From Candidatus Levyibacteriota bacterium (lineage in GTDB: Bacteria; Patescibacteriota; Microgenomatia; Levybacterales; UBA12049), in NCBI GenBank assembly GCA_003152105.1, contig PLZJ01000002.1, positions 236,257-300,256 on the forward strand: DNA of 64,000 bases, given 5' to 3'. The position numbers were made by a program, and so were the translations under genes. Below, in pieces: positions 60,759 to 64,000 of the stretch (position 1 is the stretch's first letter; every line of letters starts with the position of its first letter). The notes under the pieces were generated by a model that saw nothing but the letters and a program-made list of their open reading frames with translations, did no database searches and was not told the origin of the DNA.

Positions 60759-61391
60759 ATGATAACAATAGGTCAGATACTTAAAAAAGAAAGATTAAAG
60801 AGGAAACTATCACTTACTGATGTTGAGATTGCAACTAAAATTAAATCTAGTTTTCTAGATGCAGTTGAAAAAGGACAGTACGATAAATTACCATCAAGCG
60901 CCTATGCTTCTGGGTTTGTTACTAGTTACGCACAGTTTTTAGACATTCCTAAATCACAAGCCATCGGTTTGTTTAAAAGAGAGTTTGATGAAAAAAGTGC
61001 ATTTAAAGTATTACCAAAAGGTTTTACGAATGAAAAAGATTTTCAACTTCATAGGAGAAGATTTTCTGCACCAGTTTTTGGAATTAGCTTAGTTGTAATA
61101 GCAATTTTAGCATATCTTTTTTTCCAGTACCGTTATGCAATTATTAATCCCCCATTATCCGTTTATACCCCAAAAGATAACTCTATCATAACCTCTCAAA
61201 ATATTATGGTAAAAGGTAGTACTGACCCTAATGCTACGGTAGTTGTTAATACCCAAGAAGTTGCGGTTGATGATAATGGATATTTTTCCACTACTATACC
61301 AGTTTTTCCCGGAACCTCAGTAGTTCATATCGTTGCAACTAACCGATTCGGTAAAGTATCCACAGTTGATCGTAATATAACCGTAAAATAA
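60759..61391 (+). CDS. rodZ: RodZ-like protein (HTH + TM + Ig-like domain)
   Basis: IGQILKKER..LSLTDVEIATKIKSSFLDAVE..LPSSAYASGFVTSYAQFL; follows ftsK. Confidence 0.8.
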   Translation: MITIGQILKKERLKRKLSLTDVEIATKIKSSFLDAVEKGQYDKLPSSAYASGFVTSYAQFLDIPKSQAIGLFKREFDEKSAFKVLPKGFTNEKDFQLHRRRFSAPVFGISLVVIAILAYLFFQYRYAIINPPLSVYTPKDNSIITSQNIMVKGSTDPNATVVVNTQEVAVDDNGYFSTTIPVFPGTSVVHIVATNRFGKVSTVDRNITVK

Positions 61392-61840
61392 TATACTACT
61401 TGCATTTTTTTATTTTCGCTCATTTTTCCGTACTTTGACCAAGGTAGTATATTTGAAAACAGATGGGAGATTTGGCAAACTGCAATTACAGCTGGCTTAA
61501 GCAGTCCTATATTCGGAAATGGATTGGAAACATTGTGCCATTTATGCTTAGTGCGTCTAGTACTGTAAATAATCATTTGCAGCAATATACTATCGATAGC
61601 ACGCATAATATCTTTTTAGATTATTGGGTACAGGGTGGAATTATCGGTGTCATGCTGTTCGGAACAGTGCTCTTCACCGCTTTTTATAAGTTCATAAAAA
61701 ACAATAAAAAATTTGAGATTACTATTCTATTTGGTTTACTCACTGTTTTTTCATTTAACCCTTTAAGTGTAGCTTCGCTTATTGCACTTTGGTGGGTTCT
61801 TGGTCAGGCGTTTATTGTTGACAGTAATCATAGAAAATGA
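61392..61840 (+). pseudogene. O-antigen ligase/Wzy_C-like remnant (5'-truncated, frameshifted)
   Basis: One frame reads ENRWEIWQTAITAGLSSPIFGNG; after a 1-nt loss at about 61524 the other frame reads GNIV...DSTHNIFLDYWVQGGIIG. No start codon in the first frame. Confidence 0.8.
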
Positions 61841-61852
61841 TACGTTAATAAT

Positions 61853-62128
61853 ATGATTGATTCCACACAGCTTGTACTTCTTATTGTTATTGTTGTTCTC
61901 ACGATATTGCTTCTTGTGCTTGGAATTCAAGTATTTTTTATCCTAAAAGAACTTCGTAAGACTATTTTCAAAATGAATAAGGTGCTTGATGATGCAAGTA
62001 CCATAACTGAAAGTGTATCAGAGCCAATATCCTCATTATCTACCATTGTGTCAGGTATGAAAACTGGAGCATTCTTCGCACATCTATTAAAAGGTAAATT
62101 AAGCCATAAGGAGGAAGATGGAGACTAA
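61853..62128 (+). CDS. Small single-TM coiled-coil protein (DUF948/YoxC-like)
   Basis: N-terminal TM followed by ILKELRKTI.KMNKVLDD; promoter TTGACA-17-TACGTT at 61818-61846. Confidence 0.75.
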   Translation: MIDSTQLVLLIVIVVLTILLLVLGIQVFFILKELRKTIFKMNKVLDDASTITESVSEPISSLSTIVSGMKTGAFFAHLLKGKLSHKEEDGD

Positions 62129-62492
62129 TAAAAAGCAATCAGGAGGCAAATTTATATCCGGATTTTTTTGGGGTGCAGTTATAGGAGCTGGCGTGGTAGT
62201 TTTTTTAAAAACACAAAAAGGTAAGGATATTCTAAAAAAGTTTTCAGACGAAGGACTAGATCAATTATCTCAATTGACTAATATGGATGAGATGATTGAA
62301 GAGGAAGAAGAAGAGCAAGGTAATCAGCGAATAAATCAAATGCCCGAAAGTACAGAAGGAATCAAAATATTACATGTGCATACAGGACAAGTAGATGCTG
62401 ATAACACAAAAACGACAAATAATATTTCAGAGACAAAAGATAAAGTTAAAAAACAGTCAAAGAAATTCTTCAAGGGATTATCTAAAAAATAA
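62118..62492 (+). CDS. YtxH-like protein
   Basis: GKFISGFFWGAVIGAGVVVFLKTQKGK; typical partner of DUF948-like genes. Confidence 0.75.
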   Translation: METNKKQSGGKFISGFFWGAVIGAGVVVFLKTQKGKDILKKFSDEGLDQLSQLTNMDEMIEEEEEEQGNQRINQMPESTEGIKILHVHTGQVDADNTKTTNNISETKDKVKKQSKKFFKGLSKK

Positions 62493-62528
62493 TAATCCAT
62501 CTTCTGTGCTACAATATCGCGATATATT

Positions 62529-63527
62529 ATGAAATATCTTTATAAAAACGCTATTGCTGCAGGTACATTTGACCATTTCCATATAGGGCATAAGAAATTG
62601 CTTGATAATGCATTTTCGTTTTCAGAGTTTGTCTACATTTATGTCGTTGCAAATGAGGCGATGTATAGGAAAAAATTATTAGCTTTAACGATTGAATCGT
62701 ATGATAAAAGGCGCGAAGGTATAAGTAATTATATTTTGGAAAATGGATACAATAAGAGAGCAAAAATAATTCCCTTGGACACCATATATGGGGATACGTT
62801 ACAAAATGATAAGCTGGATGCAATCTATGTTACAAATAAAACCTATGCAAACGCAGAGCAAATAAATAGAAAAAGACTTCAGAAAGGTTTTAAGACGCTT
62901 TCAATTATAACTATACCAATGCTTGCTAGTTTAGAAGGAAAAGAAATATCTTCAGAAAGAATTAGATTAGGAGAAATTAACCGAGACGGGATAAGTTTCA
63001 CTGAAGTATTCAAAATGAATAAAATTCTTACATTGCCAATATCACTTCGTGAAACCCTACGGTTGCCATTTGGTACCGTCTTGCAGACTCTAAAAAATAA
63101 CAAGGAATTTAAAGATGCAACCTGTGTTATTACTATTGGAGATATTGTGACAAAAACAGCAATAGAAAGTATAGGTCAGCCTGCAATTAGTATTATTGAT
63201 TTTAAAACGCAAAGAAATGTTATTCAGAATGACAGTATATTAAACGGATTAAAAAAATCTGCTTTAGAAATAAGTAATAGGCCTGGTTCAATCAATACGG
63301 AAATTGTCTTATTATTCCAGAATGCTTTGAGGGTCTATTTTGAAAATAGAAGTAATACTGTAATAGTCGTTGAAGGGGAAGAAGATTTGCTTGCATTACC
63401 CATAATGCTACTTGCCCCACTAGGGTCTATTGTGTTGTATGGTTTGCAGGGAAAGGGTGCCGTAAAAATAGTTATTACAGAAGAAAAGAAAAGAGAAGTG
63501 CAAGTATTATTAGAGAAGTTTTCGTAG
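62529..63527 (+). CDS. Archaeal-type phosphopantetheine adenylyltransferase fused to DUF359 (GTP-dependent dephospho-CoA kinase)
   Basis: AGTFDHFHIGHKKLL, INRKR, ISSERIRLGEI (archaeal/eukaryote-type PPAT); then LRLPFG, IGDIVT, IDFKTQR, NRPGSI, VEGEEDLLALP, LYG (DUF359). Confidence 0.88.
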   Translation: MKYLYKNAIAAGTFDHFHIGHKKLLDNAFSFSEFVYIYVVANEAMYRKKLLALTIESYDKRREGISNYILENGYNKRAKIIPLDTIYGDTLQNDKLDAIYVTNKTYANAEQINRKRLQKGFKTLSIITIPMLASLEGKEISSERIRLGEINRDGISFTEVFKMNKILTLPISLRETLRLPFGTVLQTLKNNKEFKDATCVITIGDIVTKTAIESIGQPAISIIDFKTQRNVIQNDSILNGLKKSALEISNRPGSINTEIVLLFQNALRVYFENRSNTVIVVEGEEDLLALPIMLLAPLGSIVLYGLQGKGAVKIVITEEKKREVQVLLEKFS

Positions 63528-63534
63528 GTTTATT

Positions 63535-63999
63535 TTATAATCCGTATTTTGTAATGTTTGCATTTTGTTTATCCAGTGTTTTTGCAAAATGAGTAACTCC
63601 TTTATTGTCAGCTAAGTAGTATAAATAATCACTTGAAGCAGGATTCGCAGCTGCCTGTAATGATTGCAAGCCTGGGTTGCAAATTGGTCCAGGTGGAAGT
63701 CCAGAGTTAACATATGTATTGTACGAGGAGTTTATTTGCAGATCTGAGGTTGTTAAGTTTTGTTTCCAGTATGTATGATCAGTGGTGTCATATCCAAGTG
63801 CATATTGTACTGTAGCGTCAACTTGCAAAGCCATACCTAGCTTAAGTCTATTCATATATACAGAAGCAATTAATGGTCTATCCGTGTTTGATTTTCCTTC
63901 TCTTTCAATTAATGATGCAAGTATAACTATTTGTTTTTGATTGAGATTTGAATTAATATTTAGTGTTGCATATCGTTTATTGAATGTGTCGGTTAATTC
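63535..63999 (-). CDS. mltG: Endolytic transglycosylase MltG (5'-truncated by window edge)
   Basis: Frame open to the window end: ILASLIEREG..IASVYMNRL, LQVDAT, SYNTY..GLPPGPICNPG, YLYY. Confidence 0.95.
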   Translation of the reverse strand, partial: ELTDTFNKRYATLNINSNLNQKQIVILASLIEREGKSNTDRPLIASVYMNRLKLGMALQVDATVQYALGYDTTDHTYWKQNLTTSDLQINSSYNTYVNSGLPPGPICNPGLQSLQAAANPASSDYLYYLADNKGVTHFAKTLDKQNANITKYGL

Positions 64000-64000
64000 T

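Noticed and set aside
61463-61840. 125-aa ORF as an independent gene
   Set aside because: Its first 20 or so codons are out of frame with the ligase homology; treated as part of the pseudogene.

Overview
AT-rich, gene-dense bacterial chromosome segment read with standard code 11. No rRNA, tRNA, CRISPR array or mobile element was recognised. Short IF2, MetG, HrcA and TpiA, an archaeal-type CoaD fused to DUF359, cohesin/PEGA/PT-repeat surface proteins, DUF2298 and pilNO suggest Patescibacteria/CPR, probably Microgenomates (inference). Layout: (1) 1-12 kb accessory redox, hydrolase and surface genes; (2) femX, uvrD/pcrA, tpiA and an LCP gene; (3) a tightly coupled minus-strand run from pilN-pilO through an FN3/Ig protein, an FAD oxidoreductase, two GT-C glycosyltransferases, an NAD epimerase, a HAD enzyme and DUF2298; (4) rpsT, murJ, lepA, groES-groEL; (5) a second envelope operon metG-tatD-GT2-GT-C-wecA-like-ubiA; (6) hrcA-grpE-dnaK-dnaJ with CIRCE elements; (7) nusA-infB-degenerate DHH-rpsO-pnp-protease-less Lon ATPase-rnj-ftsK-rodZ; (8) a frameshifted O-antigen-ligase remnant, the CoA fusion and a partial mltG. 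The best candidates for new biology are a possible lipid-linked pentose glycosylation system coupled to type IV pilus genes, pervasive leaderless promoter architecture, and several pseudo-enzymes (SxxS DsbA, Asp-to-Lys WecA, DHH-less NrnA, protease-less Lon). All calls come from reading motifs by eye; no database searches were run.
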